This document shows positions 49,724-58,099 of a DNA stretch of 64,000 nucleotides, one piece after another. Position 1 is the first letter of the stretch, and every line of letters begins with the position of its first letter. The translations under genes and the position numbers were made by a program. The notes under the pieces were generated by a model that was not told the DNA's origin, did no database searches, and saw nothing but the letters and a program-made list of their open reading frames with translations. Source of the DNA: Candidatus Eiseniibacteriota bacterium (lineage in GTDB: Bacteria; Eisenbacteria; RBG-16-71-46; CAIMUX01; VGJL01); contig JBHGAY010000009.1 of the NCBI GenBank assembly GCA_041946735.1, positions 64,001 through 128,000 on the forward strand, read 5' to 3'.

Positions 49724-52700
49724 ATGCGTCTGCCCCAAACCCTTCTTCTCCTGCTCGCGTGGACGGCCGCCGCAGCGTCGGTGGCCGTGCCGCCCGCGCC
49801 CGCGCAGGGCACGTTCGTCCTGATGAACGAGCGCAACCATCCCGAGCTGCGGTGGATGGAGCTGCGAACGGCGCACTTCCGGATCTTCTATCACGACCCG
49901 CTCGAGAGCTGGGCTCGCGAGGCGGTCTCGATCCTCGAGCGCTACGACGCGCCACTACGCGAGCGCCTCGGCGTCGAGCCCGGCGGCCCGCCGACCCGCG
50001 TGTATCTGTCCGACCAGGATCAGATCGCCAACGGCGCAGCGGTGGGCGACTACTTCTACGTCTGGATCCCCTCCCATCCGATCAGCCGGTGGTACGCCGG
50101 GGACAGGCCGTGGCTCGAGGAGGTGCTGATCCACGAGTACACCCACGTCCTGATCACGCGAGCCTCGTGGACGTGGATCGGGAACCTGGCATTCCTGGTC
50201 GGCGCCTACCCTCCACGTTGGGTGCACGAGGGAGTCGCGCAATGGACGGCGGAACGTTGGTCGGTGACGCGCGGGGATCAGACGCTGGGCGCCGCGGTGA
50301 TGGACGGCTCGATCGAGCGCACCCCGCCCGGCGTGCCCGGAGAAGGCGCCCTCCTCTACTCGCGCGGCCACGCACGTATCCGATGGATCGCCGCGATGGC
50401 GGGCGATTCGACGATCGCCCGCCTGCTCGAACCGCACGGTTCGCTCGGCCTCTATTCGTATCCGGCGGCCGAGCGCCGCGCTCTGGGGACGAAGCGGGCC
50501 GGGCGATCGTCCGAGGACTTCCGCCGCGACATGATCGCCTTCTACGGCGCCCGCTACGAGGCCGGAGAGGATCCTGATTCGCTCGGCAGGCTCGCCGACG
50601 CTCCGCTCGCCTATCCGCAGCGGTTCGTGGAGCTCGGCTCGGACGTCGGTTCGGACGTCGGCTCGGAGGCCGACTCGACGGCCGACTCGACGGGCGACTC
50701 GACGGCGAGCGGCCCGGCCCCCGGATTCTGGACAGGACAGGCGCGCCGGGGCGCGCCCGAGTCTTCGCTCTTCCTCGCCGGCAAGGACGGCGCGCGCCGC
50801 GTCGTGGCAGGATCCGTGTCCGGCTCTCCGGTGCCGCTTCCGGGCGGTGGCGCGCTCCTGCCGCGCCTCCATCGGGCCGATCACGGAGCGATCGTCGAGG
50901 ATCTCGGCCTCTGGGAACCGCGCGAAGGCTTCCGCTTCCTCACCCACGGCGAACGGATCGGCGAAGCGGCCTGGCTGTCCGGGACCGGGGCAGCGGCCGA
51001 CTCCCCGCTCGTCGTGCTGTTCGATCGACCGCTCGAGACGGTGCTCGCGCGCGGGCGCCTCGCTCCCGATCGCCGCGCGATCGACGTCCGTCCCATCCTC
51101 TCGTGGCCGCGCGGGCACAACCTGCACGGACTCGCCTCCTCTCCGGACGGTTCGCGCCTTGCCGTCTCGATCGCCGAGCCCGACGGCAGCCGCGGCCTCT
51201 GGGGCATCCGGCTACGGCCCGATGGGGCCGGCCGGCTCCCGCTCCTACGTCACCGCGTCGACGTCGCCGAGGAGCGGTCGGCTTCGTGGGTCGATGAAGA
51301 GACGCTCGCCTGGACGTCCTACGAAGGCGGGATCGCCAACGTCCGGACCGCCCGATGGCCCGAGGGCGCCGACAGCTTGACCGGCGCGCGACTCCGCACG
51401 AAGACCGGGATCGGCGCGGATCTGGCAGGCGTGCGCGACGATTCGCTCCTCGTCGTGGATCGATCGACGCGCCTCCGCTTCCCGGTTCGGGCGGCGGCGG
51501 CGGCGACCCGGCGCGGCACGGGCGGCGACCTTCCCCGCGATCCGTATCCTTTCCCGAGCGGGCGGGCGGTCGCGCCTCTTCCCGCGGAGAGCGTCTCGGT
51601 CGCCGCGACGGCCGAAGGACCGTTCCCGTATCGCGCCCTCCGAGAGGTCCGGCCGTGGTTCCTCCTGCCGCTCCTCGGGCCTCAGGCGGGGTCCCTGGGC
51701 TTCGGGGGGCTGGCGATCGCGAGCGAGCCGCTTCTTCGCCATTCGATCGGCGCCTACGTCTACGGCAGTCCCGAGTCGTATCGCGATCCGGATCGAGCCG
51801 CCGCCTACCTCACGGGGCGCTTCGGGCCGTGGCTGGCCGCGTACCACCACTCGACGATCCTCCCGCGCCGCGTGCTTCGTGGAGGGATCCTCTGGGAGCG
51901 GCGGGAGCAGACCGGGATCGGCGTGCTCGCGCCGCTTCAGTCCTCGGCCGATCCGAACCGGGGCGGATGGATCGCGCTCGCCGTCGACGCCGACAGCCGC
52001 TGGCCTCGCTTCGACGCGGCCGCCCTGCGCACCCCGCTCGGCGCGCCGCGCGCCTGGTCAGGCGTGCGAGCGTCGATCGAGGCCGGGACCGTCCACCAGC
52101 CGCCGCCCGCGCGCGGCAACGTCGCCACGGGCATCTCCGTTCGCGTCGATGGCAGCCTGGCCGCGCTCGAGCATCAGGAGCGGTTCCTGCGCGCCGCCGC
52201 GCGCTTCTTCCACGCGGCGCCGCTGCCCTTCGCGCCATCGCGCCTGTATCTGGAGGGTTCCTTCAACGGAGTGTCGGGGCCGGGACGATCGGGCGGGCTC
52301 CCGCCGCAGGAGTATCTCGGCCTCGACCGCTACCCGAGCTACGATGCCGGCGTCCCCGGCCTCGACCTGGACGGGACGGTCTTCCTTCGCGGCTGGCCGC
52401 GCGAGCGAGCGGCGCGCGCGGTGCTCTACGGCGATCTCGAGATCCGGATGCCCGTGCTCCCTGACTTCGGCATCCGCGGCCCCGGCTTCGCGATCGGCGC
52501 CGGCACCCTCGCTCCCTTCCTCGAGGCGGCGCATCCCTGGGGCGGATATTCCGCTCCTTTGTCCGAGGAGCGCACACGCGTGGCGGCCGGGTTCGAGGCG
52601 CGGCTCGGCGCTCGTCTCGGCCCGCTGCCTCTCGTCGCGAGCGCGGCGTGGGGACGGCCGCTCGGCCGCGAACACCCCGATGGCTTCGTGACGTGGAGGG

Positions 52701-52813
52701 TGAGCGCCGGTCCTCCGGTGCGCGCTCCCCTTTCGCCGGCGCGCCTCGCGCGCGCCCTGCTCGGCGGGCGGCTGATCGAGGAACTGCCGCGCGACGAATC
52801 GCTGCCGCGCTGA
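49724..52813 (+). CDS. Secreted/outer-membrane protein: HEXXH peptidase-like domain, propeller-like middle, probable C-terminal beta-barrel
   Basis: Signal peptide, HEYTH...P.W.HEG, SSPDGSRLAVS, amphipathic strands at the C-terminus. Confidence 0.65.
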   Translation: MRLPQTLLLLLAWTAAAASVAVPPAPAQGTFVLMNERNHPELRWMELRTAHFRIFYHDPLESWAREAVSILERYDAPLRERLGVEPGGPPTRVYLSDQDQIANGAAVGDYFYVWIPSHPISRWYAGDRPWLEEVLIHEYTHVLITRASWTWIGNLAFLVGAYPPRWVHEGVAQWTAERWSVTRGDQTLGAAVMDGSIERTPPGVPGEGALLYSRGHARIRWIAAMAGDSTIARLLEPHGSLGLYSYPAAERRALGTKRAGRSSEDFRRDMIAFYGARYEAGEDPDSLGRLADAPLAYPQRFVELGSDVGSDVGSEADSTADSTGDSTASGPAPGFWTGQARRGAPESSLFLAGKDGARRVVAGSVSGSPVPLPGGGALLPRLHRADHGAIVEDLGLWEPREGFRFLTHGERIGEAAWLSGTGAAADSPLVVLFDRPLETVLARGRLAPDRRAIDVRPILSWPRGHNLHGLASSPDGSRLAVSIAEPDGSRGLWGIRLRPDGAGRLPLLRHRVDVAEERSASWVDEETLAWTSYEGGIANVRTARWPEGADSLTGARLRTKTGIGADLAGVRDDSLLVVDRSTRLRFPVRAAAAATRRGTGGDLPRDPYPFPSGRAVAPLPAESVSVAATAEGPFPYRALREVRPWFLLPLLGPQAGSLGFGGLAIASEPLLRHSIGAYVYGSPESYRDPDRAAAYLTGRFGPWLAAYHHSTILPRRVLRGGILWERREQTGIGVLAPLQSSADPNRGGWIALAVDADSRWPRFDAAALRTPLGAPRAWSGVRASIEAGTVHQPPPARGNVATGISVRVDGSLAALEHQERFLRAAARFFHAAPLPFAPSRLYLEGSFNGVSGPGRSGGLPPQEYLGLDRYPSYDAGVPGLDLDGTVFLRGWPRERAARAVLYGDLEIRMPVLPDFGIRGPGFAIGAGTLAPFLEAAHPWGGYSAPLSEERTRVAAGFEARLGARLGPLPLVASAAWGRPLGREHPDGFVTWRVSAGPPVRAPLSPARLARALLGGRLIEELPRDESLPR

Positions 52814-52946
52814 GCGGACGCCGCGGCTCGGGCGCCGCCAGACGCCGCCCGCCCCCACCCGCCTCTCTTGTCCCCAAGCGCGCAAGCCCCTACGCTGGAG
52901 AGCGTTCTCGGCCGCCCTCTCGCGTTTCCATCCCCAGGAGGATTCG

Positions 52947-54518
52947 ATGCGCCTGCGACTCTACCCGCGCTTGCACCTGCCGGCGGCGATTCCGCTCGCG
53001 TCGCTTCTCGCCGCCGTCTTGCTGGCCGGCCCGGCCCGGGCAGCCGTGCCGCCGCTTCCCGATGACCTGTCTCCGAAGGAATGGAAGCCTCCCAAGGAGT
53101 TGCGGCAGATCTTCGACGACTTCGACGCAGTCGAGGGCTTCGAGGAGCTACGGGCGTTCGCCGATCGGGTGCAGCCGGTGCTCGAGAAGCATCCGGATTG
53201 GGTCGACCTCCATCGTTTCGCGATCGGCCTCGCCCGCCAACTCGATGAAATGCCGGAGGCGAGGGCGAAGTACGAGGCGTGGGTCGAGCGCGATTCGACG
53301 AACGCCGCGGCGCAGTATCTGCTTGGGATCCTGGAAGGGCCCGGCGGGGAGAAGCGCCTCCGGAAGGCTCTCGAGCTCGATCCGCAGAGCTACTACGCCC
53401 GGTGCGGCCTCGGCCTGCTCCTGCTCGGCGGCAACGATCCCCGTCCCGACGAGGCGTTTCCCCTGCTGTTCGAAGCGGCGCGCATGCGGCCGGACCATCC
53501 CTACGCCTACCACGCGATCGCCCTCGGCTACGAGATGTCGAGGGACTGGGAGACCGGCCTGCGCGTGCGCAGGATGGCCGAGGTCGTCGAACCTTCCTCC
53601 TTCCAGCCGGTGCAGTACGAGATGAAGGATCTCCAGCAGCTGAAGCGAGGCGACGAGGTGCTGGGACGGCTCGAGGCGTTCGTCGAGGAGCATCCCAAGG
53701 ACCGGCACGCCCAGCGCGCTCTCGTTCAGACCTACCTCGAGCTGAATCGGGTCGGCGACGCGATCCGTGTGCAGACCGGGTTGGCGGAGCAGGCGACCGA
53801 CTATCCGGACGAGACGTACCGCGCGGCGCTCCTGCTCGCGCGGGCGGGACGTCGCGACGAGGCGCTCGATTGGCTGAAGCGCTCCGCAAGGCAGGGCTTC
53901 GACAACTACCGCGTGGCGGAGGAGGATGGCGGCCTCGACTCGCTGCGGGCCCTTGCCGGGTACGCGGAAGCGATCGCCGCCATGAAGGAGCAGCACGAGA
54001 AGCGGGCGCCGGAGTACCGGTCGCAGGTTCTCGCCAAACGGGTCGACGAGGCGGCTCCGCCGTTCGAGGTCACCACGCTCGACGGAAAGACGTTGCGACT
54101 GGACGATCTGAAGGGGAAGGTCGTCGTCCTCGACTTCTGGGCGACCTGGTGCGGGCCGTGCCAGAAGACGCTGCCGCTCGTCCAGCAGATCCAGAACTCG
54201 GTCGAAGGCAAGCCGGTCGAGATCCTCTGCATGAACGTCTGGGAGAAGGACAAGGAGCGCGCAAAGGTCGCTCCCTACTGGAAGGAGAAGGGATACACGA
54301 TGTCCGTCGGGCTCGCGAGCGCGGACGATGCGACCCGCTACGCCGTCCGCGGAGTCCCGACGCTCTTCGTCCTCGATCGCGATGGGAAGATCCGGTTCCG
54401 CCACTCCGGATACACGCCGTTCATGGACGAGGAGATCTCCTGGGTGATCGATTCGCTTCTCGCCGAGACGACCGAAGGGGACGGCACCGGCTCCTCGCAA
54501 GGGGAGCTGGTTCGCTGA
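52947..54518 (+). CDS. Exported TPR protein with C-terminal TlpA-like redoxin domain
   Basis: Signal peptide, TPR-like helices, VLDFWATWCGPC, GVPT. Confidence 0.88.
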   Translation: MRLRLYPRLHLPAAIPLASLLAAVLLAGPARAAVPPLPDDLSPKEWKPPKELRQIFDDFDAVEGFEELRAFADRVQPVLEKHPDWVDLHRFAIGLARQLDEMPEARAKYEAWVERDSTNAAAQYLLGILEGPGGEKRLRKALELDPQSYYARCGLGLLLLGGNDPRPDEAFPLLFEAARMRPDHPYAYHAIALGYEMSRDWETGLRVRRMAEVVEPSSFQPVQYEMKDLQQLKRGDEVLGRLEAFVEEHPKDRHAQRALVQTYLELNRVGDAIRVQTGLAEQATDYPDETYRAALLLARAGRRDEALDWLKRSARQGFDNYRVAEEDGGLDSLRALAGYAEAIAAMKEQHEKRAPEYRSQVLAKRVDEAAPPFEVTTLDGKTLRLDDLKGKVVVLDFWATWCGPCQKTLPLVQQIQNSVEGKPVEILCMNVWEKDKERAKVAPYWKEKGYTMSVGLASADDATRYAVRGVPTLFVLDRDGKIRFRHSGYTPFMDEEISWVIDSLLAETTEGDGTGSSQGELVR

Positions 54519-54624
54519 GAGAACGCGGCCGAGCGGAGAGAGAGGCCGAGAAGCGAGGACGGCCGGGGGAGCGCGACGATTCGAGCGCGGACCGGGAAGC
54601 CGGCTGGAGAGAGAGGACTCGCGA

Positions 54625-54837
54625 CTACTCCACGAGGCCCCAGATCACCATCGCCTTCTCCCGTCCTCCTTCGGAGAAGTAGATGACGTCGTACTTGCAG
54701 CGATCGAACGGGCCCTCGTAGCCGAGCTTCGTCAGGAACCGCTGCACCTGGCTCGGCTCGAGGACCTGATACTGCACGCGTGGGTTCCTCTGCTGCATTT
54801 CGCGGATGCTGTCCTGGATGGTCGGCACCGTGGCCAA
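54625..54837 (-). CDS. Small hypothetical protein (70 aa)
   Basis: GAAGGAG SD before TTG; protein-like composition MATVPTIQDSIREMQ...VIWGLVE. Confidence 0.65.
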   Translation of the reverse strand: MATVPTIQDSIREMQQRNPRVQYQVLEPSQVQRFLTKLGYEGPFDRCKYDVIYFSEGGREKAMVIWGLVE

Positions 54838-55063
54838 TGCTCCTTCCCCGTCGCGCGGCTTCCGCGCACTTCCGCGCACTGCTGAAACGCCGCCGCATGG
54901 CGGCGTTATGGAACACAGTCGCATCACGGTCGCGCCGGCCGAGCGTCGATTTCGAGTCGAATTCGAATAGACGCTGGTCGACGCTACGACGCCCTCCGGC
55001 CGCACGCACGCCCGGATGCCCCGGAGCGCCCGGGCGAGCGGCCAGGGATTTCTGCGCCTCCCC

Positions 55064-55831
55064 TTATCGGCTCGTGGGGGCGGGCTCACCGCTCTTGCGC
55101 GGTCGCCCACGCCGGTTCCGTGGTCTCAGACCGTGGCGGCGCATGAGATTCCTCACGCGCGTCTCCGTCACTCCGAGACGCCGGGCGGCGCGCGACTGGT
55201 TCCAGCCCTCTACCTCGAGAGCCGCGACGAGCCGGCGCCGCTCGAGGTCCTTCAGCTCCTCGTCGAGATTCGACGTGGCGCCAAGGTCCACGATGCGGGC
55301 GAGATGCGCCTCGACCCGCTCGGCCGACGCGCTGTCGCCGATCTGTCCGTAGGTTTCCTTCGCCTTGCGATACAGATCGCGCGCCCGGTCCACGTTGCCG
55401 GTCCGCTCCTGGACGAGCCCCGCGTTCTCCATCACCTCGGCGCGGGTGCGACCCGGATCGAGGGGATTGGCGATCTCCAGCGCCTCGTCCATCGTTTCCG
55501 CGGCTTCGCGCGACCGGCCCGCCTCGAGATGCACACGGCCGAGGTCACCCAGCGCGCGGGCGGTGCCGATCGGGTCGGACGCATTGCGGCGAAGTTCGAC
55601 CGCCTCGCGGAGCCGTTCTCCCGCGGCGTCCAGATTCCCCGTCTCCCGCTCGAGGACTCCCTGGCTTGCGCGTACGGCCGCAATCCATTCGGGTCGCTGC
55701 TCCGTTTCGGAGATGCGATACGCCTCGTCCAGGAGCGCCTGCGCGCGTTCGACGGCACCACGTTCCCTTTGGGCGGTGGCCGCATCTAGGAGCAATCGCA
55801 CGAGCTGTTCTTGCGTCCATGCACTCGGCAT
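55064..55831 (-). CDS. TPR protein with C-terminal Fis-type HTH
   Basis: Tandem TPRs (ARALGDLGRVHL...), then LERRRLVAALE..GWNQSRAARRLG. Confidence 0.82.
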   Translation of the reverse strand: MPSAWTQEQLVRLLLDAATAQRERGAVERAQALLDEAYRISETEQRPEWIAAVRASQGVLERETGNLDAAGERLREAVELRRNASDPIGTARALGDLGRVHLEAGRSREAAETMDEALEIANPLDPGRTRAEVMENAGLVQERTGNVDRARDLYRKAKETYGQIGDSASAERVEAHLARIVDLGATSNLDEELKDLERRRLVAALEVEGWNQSRAARRLGVTETRVRNLMRRHGLRPRNRRGRPRKSGEPAPTSR

Positions 55832-55850
55832 TATCACGCTCCTGCCCTCC

Positions 55851-57992
55851 TCAGCGGCTGAGGATGACCTTCGTCCGGGCGGCGCGGCCGTGCGCCTCCA
55901 ACAGAGCGAGGTACACCCCCGAAGGGAGATCTCTGCCGTCGGCGCCGCGCAGATCGAAAGGCATTTCGTTCCATCCTTCATGGGTGACGGCCCTGGTCTC
56001 CCGCCAGAGACGTCTTCCCGTGGCTTCGAAGATCGTCATGCGAACCATCTCGGACATGCTGCCCGGAGGGGCGTACCAGCGAAGCACCGCGCCCGCCTTC
56101 CAGGGGTTCGGGCTCACCTCGATGCGCCATCCGTCGACGACGGGAAGGAGGTCATCCGTCCCCGACGCCTGCGGCGTGCGGAAGGAGAAATCGGCGCGGC
56201 AGAGCCGGCGATAGCCGTCCGGCTCCTCCGCGATCACCCTCCAGTAGAAGAGTGTTTCCGGCGGCAGCGGGACCGGAAGCGTCCACGTCGTGTCCGCGAT
56301 CTCGGAGTAAACGAGAGGAGTTCCGAAGTCCTGCTCCTCGTCCACCCACACCTCGTAGCGGATCACTTCGCCTTGCGGATCGGCCGACCGGTTCCATACG
56401 AAGGTCGGACGGACGGTCGGAGTCGTCGACCCGTCGGGAGGCTGCTGCAGGCTGAACGGGAGCGGGACCAGGACAGGCGTGTAGTGGATCGCCGCGTCGA
56501 CGTCGATTCTTCCCCACCCGTAGTCGTTGTCCGGATGCGTGTGGCGGTCGGCGGTCGAGATGAGCGCGCGGCGCGCTTGCCACACGCTCCACTCGGGGTG
56601 CGCCTCGAGGACGAGGGCGACCGAGCCGCCGACGAGAGGAGTCGAAAGCGAGGTTCCGCTGGCATCGGTATACGTATCGGTGTCGTTTGCGTCGGCGCAC
56701 CACGTATCGACCCCGCGCGCGACGACCTCCGGCTTCGTACGGCCGTCGGCCGTCGGGCCCCGGCTGGAGAAGTTCGCGATCGAGTTCTCGTTCGAGACAG
56801 CGCCGCAAGCGAGCATCGTGTCGGCGTCGGCGGGCTCCCCGAGGCTCCCGAGGTCGGGACCCGAGTTCCCCATCGCGTTCACGCAGAGAATCCCGCGCTG
56901 CGCGGCGCGGTCGATCGCCCGGGTGATCGGCGCGGTGTCGCCGTCGAGCTGCGCGTAGTCCCATCCCGAACCGTCGTCGAAGTCCTTGTAGATCAGTGAC
57001 GCCGAGGTGGAGGAGATGCCGAGCGAGTCGCCCCACTCGAGCGCGGCCACGTAATTGTCCTCTTCGACCGGCAGCTCGGAGCGGACGTCCTCGGTCTTCG
57101 CGAGCACGAACGTCGCGCCGTAGGCGGGGCCGATCAGATTCCCCGGCGCGTAGCCGCCGCACGCGCCCCACGTCGCGGTGCCGTGCCAATGCTGCGAGGG
57201 ATCGTCTTCCGGCTCGTTCTGCGTGTCGCCGTCGCCGAAGACGAAGTCGCGCTCGGCGAGGAGGTCGGTCTGCTGGAAGGCGTCGTGGTCCTTGCGGAAT
57301 CCCGTGTCGAGCATCATCACGCGGACGCGGGCCCCCGTGTATCCCTCCTGATGGGCGGCAGGAACGTCGATCTCGTCGAGCTGCGCGCGCGAAGGGCCGT
57401 AGATGTCGTCCACGCCGCCGAGCGGACGGCGCAGCCGCCGGGACGGATCGGGCCGCTCGAGCAGCCGGCCGTCCGGCGCCCGTTCCGGTCCCAGGCCCGC
57501 GGACGCCAGCCTGGCGACCGGCCGCACCTCGAGGACGAACGGCAGAGCCGCGATCGCGGCGATTTCCGTGACCGGCACCCGGGCGCTGACCGCGTTCAGC
57601 CAGCGGCTCTCGTGGCGGATCGTGCCATGAGCGGCGACCGCGCGGCGGTAGGCGGGACAGATGGGAAGGTCGGCGTCATCGGCCAGGGCCGCTCCAACAG
57701 CGGCGCGGCGGGCCAGAGCTTCGTCTCCGATCCTCTCCTGGGCTTGTCGAAGGGCTTCGGCGCGGGCGGCCTCCGTCGCGAATCCACGGTCCGCGAACGA
57801 TACCCAGACGATCGCCTCGGAAGGAGGAGCCGTCTCCGAGCGAGGAGCCATACGATCCTCCACGCTCGGACCGGCCGCGCCGATCCGGGCTTGGAGGACC
57901 GGGTGAATTCGACCGGCTCCGGCGTCCCCTGGGAGAGTCGTCTCGAGCAAGCCAAGCCCGAGAATCCCGAGGATCGAGAGGGTTCGTTGCAT
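55851..57992 (-). CDS. Secreted S8 subtilisin-like peptidase with FlgD-Ig/T9SS-like C-terminal domain
   Basis: LDTG, HGT, NAMGN, SGTSLS; C-terminal PNPW...GVYL; start may be up to 58055. Confidence 0.9.
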   Translation of the reverse strand: MQRTLSILGILGLGLLETTLPGDAGAGRIHPVLQARIGAAGPSVEDRMAPRSETAPPSEAIVWVSFADRGFATEAARAEALRQAQERIGDEALARRAAVGAALADDADLPICPAYRRAVAAHGTIRHESRWLNAVSARVPVTEIAAIAALPFVLEVRPVARLASAGLGPERAPDGRLLERPDPSRRLRRPLGGVDDIYGPSRAQLDEIDVPAAHQEGYTGARVRVMMLDTGFRKDHDAFQQTDLLAERDFVFGDGDTQNEPEDDPSQHWHGTATWGACGGYAPGNLIGPAYGATFVLAKTEDVRSELPVEEDNYVAALEWGDSLGISSTSASLIYKDFDDGSGWDYAQLDGDTAPITRAIDRAAQRGILCVNAMGNSGPDLGSLGEPADADTMLACGAVSNENSIANFSSRGPTADGRTKPEVVARGVDTWCADANDTDTYTDASGTSLSTPLVGGSVALVLEAHPEWSVWQARRALISTADRHTHPDNDYGWGRIDVDAAIHYTPVLVPLPFSLQQPPDGSTTPTVRPTFVWNRSADPQGEVIRYEVWVDEEQDFGTPLVYSEIADTTWTLPVPLPPETLFYWRVIAEEPDGYRRLCRADFSFRTPQASGTDDLLPVVDGWRIEVSPNPWKAGAVLRWYAPPGSMSEMVRMTIFEATGRRLWRETRAVTHEGWNEMPFDLRGADGRDLPSGVYLALLEAHGRAARTKVILSR

Positions 57993-58099
57993 GCTGCCGC
58001 CGCGCATCGAGCTCATGATGGGTCGGTCACCTCCCGGGTCGCGTCCATAACTCATTCTAACAGCCTGCTACCACCCGGCCATGTACAATCACGTCCGGC

